Notes: a model not told the origin generated them from the sequence alone. 64,000 bases of DNA from Eukaryota sp. GEM-RC1 (GCA_040285855.1 JAUFOQ010000003.1:620001-684000), one strand, 5' to 3'; positions 37,262 through 50,281 are shown, counted from the first letter of the stretch. A program made the numbers and translations.

Positions 37262-40200
37262 ATGCCACAACTTGATTATGCAGAGTTCCTCTCCGCATCA
37301 TATGTTTATGTACCCGTTTTGTTTCTTTTCTCTGCATTGTCATTTTGGCATTTGTGTGTTATCAAATTCCGTTTGGGTGCTCTAAAAGCATTCTGGGGAC
37401 GAAAAACTATACTAGGCTCTCTTCTGAAGCAAAACAAGCAACGATTACCTGTATTGATGGCATTCTCTGGTCTACTCTCATTATCTCCTCTTTTAATAAT
37501 TGTTCTATATTCACTAGAGCTTTCCGCACGAGTAACGCCACAGCTTTCGGCTCTACATGTGTTTCTCATCTGTTCCTTCCTCTATCTGTTCACAGTTGCT
37601 CTCGGATACTTCTTTAAGAATGGATTCTTCACCGCCCCGTCCTTTAAGTACCTGTTCTTCTCATCGATTCTGATCCACTCGTTGTTCTACTTCCTCCCCT
37701 CCCTGATGTTCCCTAACCTTTCTAATGATCGTACTCTCTATCTAGGCTTTGGTATCATTAACACTGTTCTTGTTTCTGTCGCTGTCTATCACTCACTCCC
37801 CTTCCCTCGATCTGATCCCACTTCCTACCTCAAAGGACAACACCCTGCTGAACCCGTTCCCCCCAAGATCATGGCTAAGAAGACTCTCATCTTCTGGGTT
37901 CTGTCCATTCTGAGTCTCTTCATCTACGACGTGGTCTCCATAAGATCTCTTGATCATCAAAAGGCCTTTTCATTCTTTTCAGTTGCCGGCATCGTCATTG
38001 TAGACTTCCTTGCCTTCCTCCACAAGTGGAAATGCCCTCCAATCTCATTATATTCCTCTTCATTTCTCGTCTCTGCTTCATCCTTCCAGGTCCTGATTAC
38101 TTCTTCCTTGGTCATACCATCATTGCTTTCTTCGTTCTCACTCTTGGATCTTTAGACTACCTCTTCAAACGTCTCTCTCTTAAAAAAGAGAGCGCTGAAG
38201 CTGCTCTAAAGTCAATGACAGTCAGCGAGGAAGGTGATCATCTTAGACCAATCATTTCCTTCTCCTGCCTCCCAATGGTCCACCATCCTGTCGTTATGCA
38301 ATGCCTTACTTACTTGGTATTCACCCTTGAGATCATTGTCATGACAACTCTTGACTTTCCTTTGATCTCAATGCTTAGACAAGAGCACCCTCAGTATATC
38401 TTTGGTTTTGTAGCAGTATTTAGTACAATTGTTTTAACTATTTGGGTATTTGGATTGTTGTATTACCTTAAATACAAGAACACAAAGCCAAGTGCTTATT
38501 TGATTCCGTTAATTTGTTACGCTGTTACGTGTGGTCTTGGTGTTTTACTCTGGAACTTCACTGGTAGTTACATCAACATCTTTACTCTTCTCTTTTTCTT
38601 CCCACTACTGAGTTCAGTATCTATACTTTACTTTAAGTGGAAAGATAATGACTTTAGTTTGACTTTTGAAGGGGCGAAATATAAGCACCACATCTTATTC
38701 TTCTCTCCGTCTGTTGTTTGTCTAGGTTTTTCAGTTGCTTTAATGATCACTGTTAAACCTTTATTCCTTGGTCTAACCATTATGTTCTTTTCTTTTGAGT
38801 TCTTATTAATAGCATATACCTTTGTCTCCTACTTTAAAACCTTGAACTTCAGAAAGTCATTGGAAGCTACCTTTTTGTTAACTGCAGCTGGCCTGCATGT
38901 ATTATGGGGAGTTCTATCAATGACTGTGCTTGACCAATCAGGTGCCGGTACTTTGGTCACGTTAGCATGCCTCTTCCCATTGGTTTCAGGTGGATTTGCG
39001 TTATATGATTTCTCTGATCGCAATTATAAACCTGCTAAATCCACTACAATCACCGCATTGGCTTCAATCATTACCTTTACTCTCTACTTCGTCATCATCA
39101 CGTTTACAACTGATCCTTGGTACTTTGGAGCATCTCTACTTGGAGGTCTATTCTCAGTTTTATTCGTTTCATTTATTGCTTTCTCTATTAGAACTAGTGG
39201 CCATTTCCCTCCTCATTTAAGAGTCTACACTTTCATTTACGTTGGTCTTGCTACCATGACAGCTTTGTACGTAGGAGGTAGAGGTGAAGGTATATTTTGG
39301 GGAGGTTCGTTGTGTTTGTTCATTGTTGTTGGAGTTTGTTTACTATATTCCTTCTCTTTAAAACCAATGAACTCGTCATCACCTTTGATCTCATCTCCTT
39401 GGGTTTTCCCTAGTTATTGTCTTACTGACAATGGACAATTCATGAAGGTCAATTTACCAAAGTTTTTATCTTTATTATCCTTCATCATTCTATCTCTCTG
39501 GGGTTGTTTTGCTTCTCTTTGGATGGAATCAATCTATTGGGGTCCACTTGTTGTTTCTGGAGTTTCTGCTCTATTTTTAGTTACTTCAATCGGATCAAGT
39601 GTCACGTTACCATCATTCCTTTTAGGAAAGAATCACTATTTACTATCTCCACGTGTTGTTTCTGAAACTCTAGCTGATGATTCTCTTAACATTGCTAGTG
39701 GTTTAAAACCTACTTGGACTGACCTTGCTTCTAAGTACCAATCCTCTAAATCTGAAGCAAAGAATCCTGAAGAATTTATTAAAACCTGGAAGTTGTATGA
39801 CGAGTTTACCAGTCAGTTTGAAGGTGACGTTTCAATTGTCTTGTTGGCTGCTGTTAAGTTATACCAATCAGCCAATGCTGTAGAGTTCACTTTGTTGAAT
39901 AATCTGACCCTTTTTCTTCAATCAACTGGTAAGGAAAACGTGACTGCTGCTGAATTACAATCAATGTCTGTGGAGAAAAAGAAACTTCTCATGGCTGAAA
40001 TGGAAGCGTGGATGGAAAACAAAAGAAAGATGAAGAACGCAGCGAGGAGATCCGTAAGCAAGAAGAAGAAAGAGAAGAAGAGCGAAAACGGAAGTTGGAA
40101 GAAGATAACAGGAGAAGACAGATTCAAATGGAAGAAGAAAAAAAGAAAAAAGTTTGAAGAAGAAGAAAACAAAAGAAGGCAGATTCAAATTGAAGAAGAA

Positions 40201-42039
40201 AAGGATGAAGAAAAACGACGAAAGTTGGAAGAAGAAAACCGAAGAAGGCAGATTCAAATTGAAGAAGAAAAGGATGAAGAAAAACGACGAAAGTTGGAAG
40301 AAGAAAACAGGAAAAGACAGATTCAAATTGAAGAACAAGAAAGAAAACGAAAGATGGAAGAGGAAGAAAAACGAAGAAGGCAGATTGAGATTGAACGACA
40401 ACGTCGACAACAAATTGTTGACGATGGAAAGAGAAAGAAAATTATTGTAAGAGATGATGCCCTTCCAAACTCTAACGTTTCTAGTGACTCTGATAATGAC
40501 GTCAACATCCCAATCACTCCAATCTCCAAGAATTTCGATGACGTTGACGAAGACAGAAGACGTAGGTTCGAGCAACAGCAAGAAGAACAAGAACGTCGTC
40601 GTCAATTAACAGTTCAACGTCAAAAGAAAAGAGGAGGTTGGTTCAGCAAGTCTAGCAATCAACAAGAAGCTCCACCGACTCCCAAGCCCACTGTTTCTGA
40701 CCCTCTTTCTAAATACGATGAATTGGCAAAGACTCTGTCTTCTTCCAATCAATTGTTCTCTGATGAAAACTTTCCTGCTGGGGATAAAGCTCTCGGTCCA
40801 GCCCTATCTTCCAGAGCAAACCCTAATTGGAAAAGAGTTTCTCAACTTGGAGGACAAGTATTTCAAGGAACTCCTTGTGCAGACCGTGTTCAGCAAGGAT
40901 CTTTGGGTGATTGCTGGTTAATCTCAGCTATTGCTGTTTGTGCCACAAGACCAGATTTGATTCAGCATTTATTTGTCAAGGATTATACTAAGAATGGTTT
41001 CTATGTTCTGAGGTTCCATAAGAATTGTTCTTGGACTTATGTTACTATTGACGATTTCCTTCCAGTTAGAGGTAACAACTTACCACTTTTCTGTCACTCA
41101 AGTGAAGCAAAAGAATTCTTCCCTGCTTTGATTGAAAAGGCTTACGCTAAGATTCATGGTAACTATGAAACTATTGAAGGGGGACATGTGTCAGTTGGTT
41201 TATCTGATTTGACTGGAGGAATTGCTGATGAAGTTAGATTTAAAAAGGCTAAATCTGAGATTGCTTCAGGAGCTCTTTGGCGTAAAATGAGAAACTATGT
41301 TGAATCTGGTTATCTCCTGGGTGCTGGCTCTCCTTCTGGAAAAGATACAGACATTTCTTCCTTTGGAATTGTTCAAGGGCATGCTTATTCAATTCTTCAA
41401 TGTGTCGAAGTTGAAAATTTAAAATTAATTCAACTTCGAAATCCTTGGGGAGATTCTTCTTGGAAGGGAGATTATGGACCAACTAGTACCAAGTGGACTG
41501 CCAAGCTCAAAAAGCGTCTTGATTTTTCTTCTGTTGATGATGGTAAGTTCTGGATGACGTATGGTGATTATGTTGCTCATTTTGATTCTCTTTACATTTG
41601 CCGCTTCTTTGATAAGCACTATCCTGGTAAGTTCAGAAGTGCCTGGTCCGTTGCTAACAGAACTGCTGGTGGACGATCATCTGCTGATAATAGAGATACT
41701 TTTATCACAAACCCTCAATACAGATTAAGATCTTCTAAACCTGGTAAATGTGGCATTGTGTTACGTCAAGATGATCGTAGAATGCAAGGCCAGAAGCAGT
41801 TAGCTATTGGTTTCTATGTATGCACTGGAAAGGGCGGCAAGATCACTATTGCAACTACAGCAAATGTTTACGCAAAAGCTGGCTTTATCTTTCTCCGTGA
41901 GTTGTTTTCTGAGATTGATGTTGAAGCTGGTGTTGATTATACCATTGTTCCTTGTACTTGGGATGCAGGACAAGAGAATGGCTTTGGAATCATGGCTTTT
42001 GGTGAACATCCTATTGAATTTGAAGAAATTAGGGGTTAA
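37262..42039 (+). CDS. DEK1-like transmembrane calpain copy 3; frameshift near 38035 and apparent compensating indels at ~40021-40141
   Basis: ORFs 37262-38155 and 38026-42039 join (TGCCCTCC vs TGCCCCTCC in paralogs); triad intact. Confidence 0.9.
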
Positions 42040-42694
42040 TTTCTTCGGGTTTTCTGCATTATACGTTGTTTAATATAAATTGATTTCTGCTTAAACGAGT
42101 TGCCCAGTGAATTTTACTTTTAGTGTTAATGGCTGAATTGAAATCAGGAATCTCATGGTCTAACAATGTTTACACTTCATCATGCGTTTCAAAACATCAA
42201 TTGCAATACATATTGTTTACTGTACATTGTTCTTTTCAATATTGTACTGCAACACGGTGTGCAGTTGCATTATTTTTCAACGACAAAATCTTCCTCTCTC
42301 TAAATGAATTCTACACGCAAAGTATCTATCAATATATTGATTAGGAAACTTGTCTAACATTGAGCTCACAATGGATAGTTGTAAGTGGATTGATTATACA
42401 GCTTTGCTTTAACGAGCAGCTCACCAAAAAACAGATCACACTTATAGTTGGGAATTCTGGCAGATTAAATTAGGGACATATTTACTAGTAGTTATGACCA
42501 GCCATGATTTTCAGAAGATGATAAACAAAAAAATTCAAATAACTTCTAAAATTTCGGATGAGTTTCACAATTAAAATTTAACTATTCACTGCAAACTTTG
42601 ATTTATTGAATTAGTTGTTTTTTATTAGTTGTGGAATAAAATTTATTATACAACAAAAAATGGAGTATTTTATGTAAAAAATTTCATGGCCCCT

Positions 42695-42900
42695 GTGTTA
42701 TGGTTGAATGGTACTGTTGTTAGAAGAATTCCAATCATGTTCGAATTTGTATCAGCTGTGAGTTCCAATTATGAGGTGAAAGCTGTTGGAAGATTTGATA
42801 GTGACGGTTGCGTTTGAATGATTTCAAATTCTAGTTCTTTATTACCTTAAGAATGAATTAATTATTGGAAAAATACTAAACATAAATAGAAAAAGAGTAA
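42695..42900 (+). mobile_element. 3' fragment of CRE-like non-LTR retrotransposon
   Basis: YEVKAVGRFDSDGC matches the C-terminus YEDKAVVRFDSDGC of the 14621-16831 element. Confidence 0.6.
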
Positions 42901-43145
42901 AAAACGTTAGCTATACATGTATCCATTTATTATCATAAACACTATCTAAAGTAGGAGAGACATGGAGATGCTCTTACCAGTTTATAAGCATCACTGGAAG
43001 TTTTGATATAGCAGGTTACAGTTTACACACTGAATATTGACCCCTCAGCGGCATTCACTATTCAAATTGTAGACTGTATAGGTGAAATTCCGAATTTTCG
43101 TTGATTAGTAATTCTGTAATACGTCATGTTGTATCTATATAAATT

Positions 43146-45291
43146 TCCAATTGCAGTTGTAGAATCAATTTCTCGTTTATTCGCATCAATTGTGTTTAAT
43201 CAAGTGGTCAATAAAGCGGGTCGCTTTTTGTCTCCATTTCAATTTGGTGGTAAGACAATTGACGGGGCTTCTGCTGCTGCCTTAACAACAGATTTCATTT
43301 TTAATCTTGATTCCAAAAATGCCTTTAATTCAGTTAGTCGTAAATCTGTTTTTGCTGCTATTGAATAAGACTTTTCTGAGTTGACGTCCTACTTTTATTT
43401 ATTTTATGGAAAACCAAGCGATTTAATTTATGATTCATATTCATTGACATCTATGTCTGGTGTTAAACAAGGAGATCCTCTTAGTCCTCTTTTCTTTTGT
43501 TTGGCTATTCATCATTCGCTTTTGTGTATTTAAAAAAAATACCCAGATCTTAAGATAGTTGGCTATATGTATGATATTTCTATTATTGGTCCCCTTGAAT
43601 TGTTAAAAAACGTCGCTGTGGAAGTGGCTGATATTTATGAAACATTGGGTTTATCTCTGAACCCAGACAAATGTTTATTCATTGGTAGATCTGCACAAGA
43701 ATTATTTATTAATGGAGTTCAGATTCCATATATCAATTATGTTGAAGACGCTTTTCAGTTTCTAGGATGTTGGCTTGGGAATGTTCCTAAAATTTCTCAA
43801 GAATTATCTAATTGTTTGGACAAAATTGGTTCAGAACTCAACACAATTTCTTCATATGATATTGAAAAACATAACAAGTTTTTTATTATAAAAATTTGCT
43901 ACTCCGGAACAATCACACATCTTTTGAGATCTACTGCTCCTTCAATCGCTCTGAACTTATGTAGATCTTTTAACGAGTTGAGGATTAATTTTTTTGCTTC
44001 ATTGTTAGAAGTTGATTCAACGTTACTGAGAAGTCATTTGTTTACTTCTGCTCATTTTGGTGGTATTGGTTTTACCAACTCACCAATTCTTTGCAAATCT
44101 GCTTTTTTTAGGCGGTGGAAAAAATTTCATCTTTGAATTTGTTAATCGATTTCCTAATGATGTTTCACCTATTAACCCCAATTCGTGTAAATATTTATTT
44201 GACTTGAACGAAGCGTTAATCAAACTACCTTTTGACGTTTGGTCTCAGTGTTTTCCAGAATCTGTGTCTGAAATACCTGAAAGATCTTTGACTAATCTTT
44301 TGTTCTGTCTGAAAAATTACAACAGAAACTCACAAATATTTTTCAAAGCTTGGATTATAATGTTCGACTTGGCATGGCCAAGGAAAAAAATCCCGCTTTT
44401 GCAAATTTCATAATGGATGTTTCTAATAGCTCTGCTTCATGTCTGATTACTCAAATCCCTCAAGTTTACGGTCTTCTTCTTGATGATAACTCTTGGTCAT
44501 TAACCATGCGTTGACGGTCATATATTTGGCCCGATAGCCTTCCACATAATTTGAAATGCCAATGTGGGCAATCTGTAACACCTACACATTTATCGAATTG
44601 TAACCGTTTTATTTCTTTTTAGAAGTAAGGTTCATGATTCAGTAAGGGATCAATTATATTGTATGTGTAAATCTTATGGAATAGTTTCCTTTTTAGAACC
44701 AGTTCTGGCTGGTTTGTTTGATGATACAGATGTTGACAAATCGTTTGGAAATAGCCGTGGTGATGTCATATCTCCTGGTCTTGATGGATCTTTCATTATT
44801 GCTGATGTTATGTCTATCGATGTTTGTAATGATTCCAACAAGAAACTTGCTAAATCTAATGCTAAAAACCACTTGTTGATTGATGAAAAATTTAAAATGC
44901 AAAAAATATTGTGCTAAATTGAAATTATTGAATTCGGCTTCACACTCGAATTACTTGTTGTACCCTTTTGTATTTTCACTGTACGGTTCTTTAGGTGAAT
45001 CTGCGACATCATTACTTGAAATCTTTGTGAAGATTGTAAAAGAAAAAACATCTAGGACTTTTGATCTTAGATTTTGGAAAAATCGAATCGTGTTTGCTAT
45101 CTTAAAAGGTATGGTGACTTCTGTATCTAGTGCTTTATTATCTCTTGGCAGACATTATGAAGATAAGGTAGGTGAAAATTTCCAGTTAGGCAATCTGGAC
45201 TTTGAGGATATTGATTATTAGATCTATGTATACTGTACTAGTTGTGTTATTGTCTATTACATTTAGTATAAATAATTAAATCAAAAAAAAA
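43146..45291 (+). mobile_element. Degenerate 5'-truncated CRE-like non-LTR retrotransposon (RT + zinc motif + RLE)
   Basis: PIAVVESISRL, LSPFQFG, DSKNAFNSV, GVKQGDPL, GYMYD (mutated YxDD), FLG; CQCG..HL.NC..HDSVRD; RGDVI..IADV; poly-A 45283-45291; stops and frameshifts; possible TSD AAATTTC. Confidence 0.85.
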
Positions 45292-45302
45292 TTTCATACA
45301 TA

Positions 45303-46271
45303 CTGTCAGGCGCCAAATAGTACCCCGGGTCACTAAATTATAGCCCCACCCCCAAACTGGGTCATTATTAGGAGGGGGTCACTATTAGGATCCTTTTGTC
45401 TTTGTTCATAAATGACCTATAAAACAACTTTATATTACATTATAACTCTAGTCAAAGACTGCAACAACATCATTATCCATCTCCAAATTCAATGAATTGT
45501 TGAGTTGAAGAAGGTCATCGATGTCGTCATCAGACGATGAATCCAAATCGATTACTTCCTCCTCATCACTTGATGAATAAGGTAATAATGCATCGAAACT
45601 ATTGATATCTAAGTGAGGACGGATTGATGGATGGCGAGATATCAATAAGGTCTGCGAAGGTCCTAGAAAAGACACTTGAAAAGATTTTGATATTACTTCA
45701 CTCTTTAACTTGTCCAATGACTCTTTCATCCATTTTGCCATATCGTTAGCCAAAGGTGCTCTAACTCGATTGGAGGTCGTTACAGGTGCAGTTTCCAACC
45801 ATTCTTCAATACAATTCCTGATAGTTTCGGATGTTTACTTCTTGCTGCCTCCATTGGCGAAGCTGCTTTCTGTCCAATCCATATTTTTTGGCTGTTGATG
45901 ACACAGTAACTCCAGGTTGATTAAGCTCGGAAAGAATTGTGAGCTTTTGAGCATTTGTAATTTTGAGTCGTTTTGAGCTAGGAGATTGTTCAAGAGATGA
46001 TCGGCGGAGCATATGAAGGTTTCAACAACAAGATAGAAGAGTGCTCAATGTGCGTTAAGTGTAAGAGAAGAGGATATATGAGAAAGATGGTTCAATAGGT
46101 GTTCAACCACACACTATTAAATCTAAATCTAATCGTATATTGTTTTATTTACATAAGACTGTTTTTATCACCCAGTTGTGTAATCTTGATCAACACTGGG
46201 GCACTAAATTATAGCCCCACCCCTAAAGTGGGGCACTATTAGGAGGTGGGTCACTGATTGGTGCCTGACAG
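45303..46271 (-). mobile_element. Internally deleted pogo/Tigger-like transposon
   Basis: TIR CTGTCAGG(C/G)CCAA-like (CTGTCAGGCGCCAA / TTGGTGCCTGACAG), TA flanks; N-terminal HTH (KLTILSEL..TAKKYGLDRKQLRQW) followed by C-terminal WMKESLDKLKSEVISKSF and acidic tail; DDE core missing. Confidence 0.8.
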
Positions 46272-46293
46272 TACAATGTAGTTATTTTTGGTA

Positions 46294-47280
46294 CAGTTTA
46301 CCCTCCCAATATGACCACCCTCTGAATAAGTCCACCCTCCCATTATGACCAAATTTTCACTGTCCGACTTTTTGTCTTCCCGTAACCGATTCCCTTACTC
46401 CAAATAAACATGTTTCCTTTTTCGTATCTTCGGTGTCAACATTATCGTGATCTCTTTCGATCATGTTTTTGATTGGTTCATAACAAAACTCACATTTTTG
46501 ACTTCACATATCTATATTCTATTGCTAGAACATCTTTGATGGCTCACGTGTTGTGAATTATCACTTGGCTAAGACCATCTCATGTGTTCTGGTCAGATCT
46601 TATTCCTTATAATCTCCTCCCCCTCGAACCACTCTAGATCATGTCAAACAATGTTTTGGTCTTGTCTGTGGAGGAAAATTGTGTTGAGAGGGAAGCTCTC
46701 TCAAAAACAGTCACTTCCCCTCAGTAACGCCTTTTCAGCATTCCTCCTTCATCACAATCACCAGAAATTCTGTTGTGCATTAGTACGTTCATAGTTCTCT
46801 CCTATTTGAATGTTGGTGAACATTTTTTCCTCCAAGTAACGCTTATCCGCTTGCTGTGAGTCATAGCACTTCATCCTCTACCTAGATAGGCGCTTTGAAA
46901 GTTATTGCCTTCCTTTTATCGCGATCTGAAATCCTGTACAAGATCATTGCTTTGGTGATCTTAGCCTTTACACTTTCTCTCTATAGTTGTTATCTGTTGA
47001 TAAAAGCTGGAAGCAGTGGTCAAACTCTCTGTAGCAGTTCATATTCATCAAAATTGTCACGGTGTCTCCTTGTTTTTCCCCAAACATCTGTTCTCCCATC
47101 TTGTGATAGATCCAGCTCCAATTCTCCCTTCAATAGACGCACGGTTGTCTTAGCTTGTTGTTTTATTTGTTATAAACGATCGACGATCGCTGTTCATTCT
47201 GTAAAAACCAAACCCTCTGAATAAGTCCACCCTCCCAATAAGACTGGTCCGACACCTGGTCATATTGGGAGGGTAGACTG
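46294..47280 (+). mobile_element. TA-target MITE family B copy 3 (solo)
   Basis: CAGTTTACCCTCCCAATATG...CATATTGGGAGGGTAGACTG, TA flanks; colinear with 4144-5133. Confidence 0.9.
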
Positions 47281-47775
47281 TACTTGTCTATTAGGCAGGA
47301 TATAGTACATCTACTGCATTAAACTTGAGTTTTTGTATACATCGAACTAACAACAACGGTCATACATGTATGTTCGATTTTAAGTATGTTTACTGATTTC
47401 AAGCACATTAATTCAGACTTCAACTCCCAACAGTAATCTAAAAAAATTATGTCTCGTAATTTGGTTGTACAAATAAACATTGTCCAAAGAATAACGACAA
47501 AGTACAACAACCTGAAAAACAAGGGTTGATGGAAAACATGAATCGTCGAAAACTTTCCCATTTATTGTAAAATGACTAAGGTAGACTTTACTCGATTTGT
47601 CTTCCAAAACAACTGACATTTTCTGAAAAAAGACTTAAACTTGATTGCTTTTGAATACGAGAGTTAGTGATCGCTATGTCAGCGAAAGAGAGAACTGTGT
47701 AAGAGCATCAGATCAAGTTCAACACATAGATTACAAAGGATAGCTAGCAGTGTATGAAGAATTGCCACTAGAGAG

Positions 47776-48049
47776 TTAAGAGAACTGCTCCAGAGTGCGC
47801 AGACAAAGTATAAGATCCTCAAGAAGGTTGTTGGTTAACATTCTTAATAATCTTAAGTTTGGAGTTTCCAGCAGACTGTAATTAGGGACAGACTAAGAGT
47901 AAACGATACACATCTAATTGGTTTGCTGTAACTGTCAGAGTTCTTCGACAATTATCATGCTTCAAAGGATCAACTTCAATAGTTCTGCGAGCGATTTCAG
48001 CATGTTCAGTGGACAAACAACTAATAGAGAAGGACGATGAATTCTGCAT
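47776..48049 (-). CDS. PCC1: KEOPS/EKC complex subunit Pcc1/LAGE3 homolog, 79 aa, one 34-nt intron (47876-47909)
   Basis: Spliced translation MQNSSSFSISCLSTEHAEIARRTIEVDPLKHDNCRRTLTVTANQLDVLLETPNLRLLRMLTNNLLEDLILCLRTLEQFS fits the Pcc1 pattern AxIA..xxVD...RxLxV...RxLR...L..T...F; GT...CTAATTACAG intron. Confidence 0.8.
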
Positions 48050-48077
48050 GATCAAAACTGTTGGTAAAAATTCTTCA

Positions 48078-48424
48078 ATGTCTTGTTGTTGTGGAGGTAA
48101 TCAAAATATGTGTGGAGGAACTCAACCAGCTCCAGTAGATCCTGAAGTCACAACCCTTGTCAACTCTCTTCGTCCCGAGGTTGAGTCCAAAATGGGACAA
48201 AACTTCACCTCTTTTAATCCCATCCGTATGTCAATCTTCTCAATCTTACATTAGAAGTGTTACAGCAAGTTGTTGCTGGTATGAATTACTTTGTACGTGT
48301 AGATATTGGAAATCCGCAACAATTTCTCGATCTAAGGATTTTCCACCAAGCTTGGACTAACACAACTGAACTTTCTTCATTTAAAATGTCACCATCGACT
48401 ACTCCTTTGGCGTTCTTTGATTAG
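48078..48424 (+). CDS. Stefin-type cystatin (type 1), 105 aa, one 29-nt intron (48226-48254)
   Basis: MCGG near the N-terminus and QVVAGMNYFVRV hallmark; removing GTATGT...CATTAG restores the frame. Confidence 0.88.
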
Positions 48425-48567
48425 AACATATTGTTTCTATGTAATTTTGTATAAAGAGCTATTTACATCCTAAATTCTGTTCATGTCAGCATGTTTCATA
48501 ATCAGCTTTTGTTGTTTTAAGTTCTGGTTCTGCAACGCAGTGTTATAACGATTGTAGAACGTGTGCA

Positions 48568-49263
48568 ATGAGCCATTTTTTTGAAGACTTGTTCACAAAA
48601 ATGCCCAACATTGTTGCCTGTTCAGTCTCTCGAAGATCGACATGTCTCACATCATTCACTGCCGATAAGTCTTCTCAATATGTAGCTCTAATGCAGCGAT
48701 TATTGACAAACCGCTTACATGATCTCATGAAGGTCCCTAGCCACAGCGGTAGTCTGACTTATGCCCAGTTTCACTTTCATTTTCTAGTTGATGTTGATCT
48801 TATCTTCATGATATGCTGTAAGGAATCTATACCTCTAAGAGAAGCTAGTATAGTTCTGCAGCAAATCCAGTCTTTGTTTCTACAGCATTGTGCACATTGT
48901 CTTGACACAAATATACCAAACTCTTTAGATAAGGTCTTTCGTCCCATCATTTCTCGGAAGTTTGTTGAACTCACCAATCGTGTTGATACTTTAACTGAGA
49001 CAAAAAACGAACTTGAAAAGATCAAACACACTCTGACTGACAATGTTTCAAAGATAATGACACGCGGTGATAACCTATCGAATCTTTCGGAACAATCTTC
49101 CCTGTTGAACTACAGTAGTCGATCGTATAACTTAAGATCGCGAAGCCAGTCTCGACGGTCTGGTATGTCTCATTGTTGTGTTACTTCCCTAGTTGTTCTC
49201 TTCATTTTAATGTTGTTATTAGTCGGACTGTTAGTTTTTGTGGACGGAAGTTGGAATGTATAA
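48568..49263 (+). CDS. Longin R-SNARE, VAMP7-like
   Basis: N-terminal longin-like region (YAQFHFHF, IFMICC, LQQIQSLF), synaptobrevin motif KIMTRGDNLSNLSEQS, C-terminal TM. Confidence 0.85.
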   Translation: MSHFFEDLFTKMPNIVACSVSRRSTCLTSFTADKSSQYVALMQRLLTNRLHDLMKVPSHSGSLTYAQFHFHFLVDVDLIFMICCKESIPLREASIVLQQIQSLFLQHCAHCLDTNIPNSLDKVFRPIISRKFVELTNRVDTLTETKNELEKIKHTLTDNVSKIMTRGDNLSNLSEQSSLLNYSSRSYNLRSRSQSRRSGMSHCCVTSLVVLFILMLLLVGLLVFVDGSWNV

Positions 49264-49906
49264 CAAGACATCTCTGATGAGGATTTCCTTGTACTTGTAA
49301 ATATCACTGATCGTATAAAAGCACGTTGATTCCTATCGGTAGTTTAAATGATTCTTAATTAGCATTGATTTGCGGCGTATTTTCCACTTGTAATTCAAGA
49401 TACATGTAACCGTTACAAAAAAAATTAAATTGAAGTTTATTACATATAGCCCTTAACTGGATTTCCTATTTCTTTAAAAAGATGAATCTAAGGTTTACAA
49501 CAGCTCCTCACAAAATGACAAAAAGTGTGCACTGGTCTGGGAAAGAACCAGTAAAACAAATTTTGAAGTTCACAGTTTGCAAAAATGAAAAAGTCGAACC
49601 TGTTTGTATTTTGTTGTGATAAAATTGCCCGTGTTTTATTAGATTGTTTATTAAGATGTCTGTTATTTTGAAGAACTACAACCCACAAAAGTACATAAAT
49701 TGGTACATTGTAGGTGGTTCCATTGAGTTAACCATTTAGTATTACATCCGATTTCGCACAATTAATTATCGTTAGCTAGATTATACTACTAGACAAAATT
49801 CACGATGACTCTTCATAATATTGTCAGAGACACGTAATTCTGGCAAGTCGTATATGTACATGTAGGTTGTCGAGAAATTTTTCACCTATCGATATTTCGA
49901 AAAGAA

Positions 49907-50281
49907 TCAGATAGATTTGTTTTTCAAGACGTCCAATAGTGGATGCATTTCGATGACTGCCTCTTCAACGTCCTCCTTGGTAATGAGTGACCTATTATTT
50001 TCCAGAGATTTACTCTGACTGTTCTGTATCAGCTCCTTGATCAACACATCAATTCCTTGTCGTAGAAGCACATGGGCGTAGTCCATTGGTTTTCGTTTTC
50101 CAAAGACAAATTCAGAAGAAGCGATTGTCAGATCGTCTACATCTAACAGTCCCCCAAGGTTGATCTTCTGCAGTTGTGCGCTAAGTCTAATGTGTTGGAG
50201 AGTATAAAAGTTCTGTCTGTTCATTGTTTGAATTGACAAATGATAAGATACCGGATTATTTGATCTACTGTAAATAGACAT
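49907..50281 (-). CDS. Small protein with possible C-terminal histone fold
   Basis: LIKELIQNS..NNRSLITKEDVEEAV..PLLDVL resembles helices 2, 3 and C of H2A-like folds (NF-YC/CHRAC/POLE4 type); start uncertain. Confidence 0.45.
   Translation of the reverse strand: MSIYSRSNNPVSYHLSIQTMNRQNFYTLQHIRLSAQLQKINLGGLLDVDDLTIASSEFVFGKRKPMDYAHVLLRQGIDVLIKELIQNSQSKSLENNRSLITKEDVEEAVIEMHPLLDVLKNKSI

Noticed and set aside
47319..47760. Possible small minus-strand gene downstream of Pcc1
   Set aside because: No coherent spliced model or recognisable family
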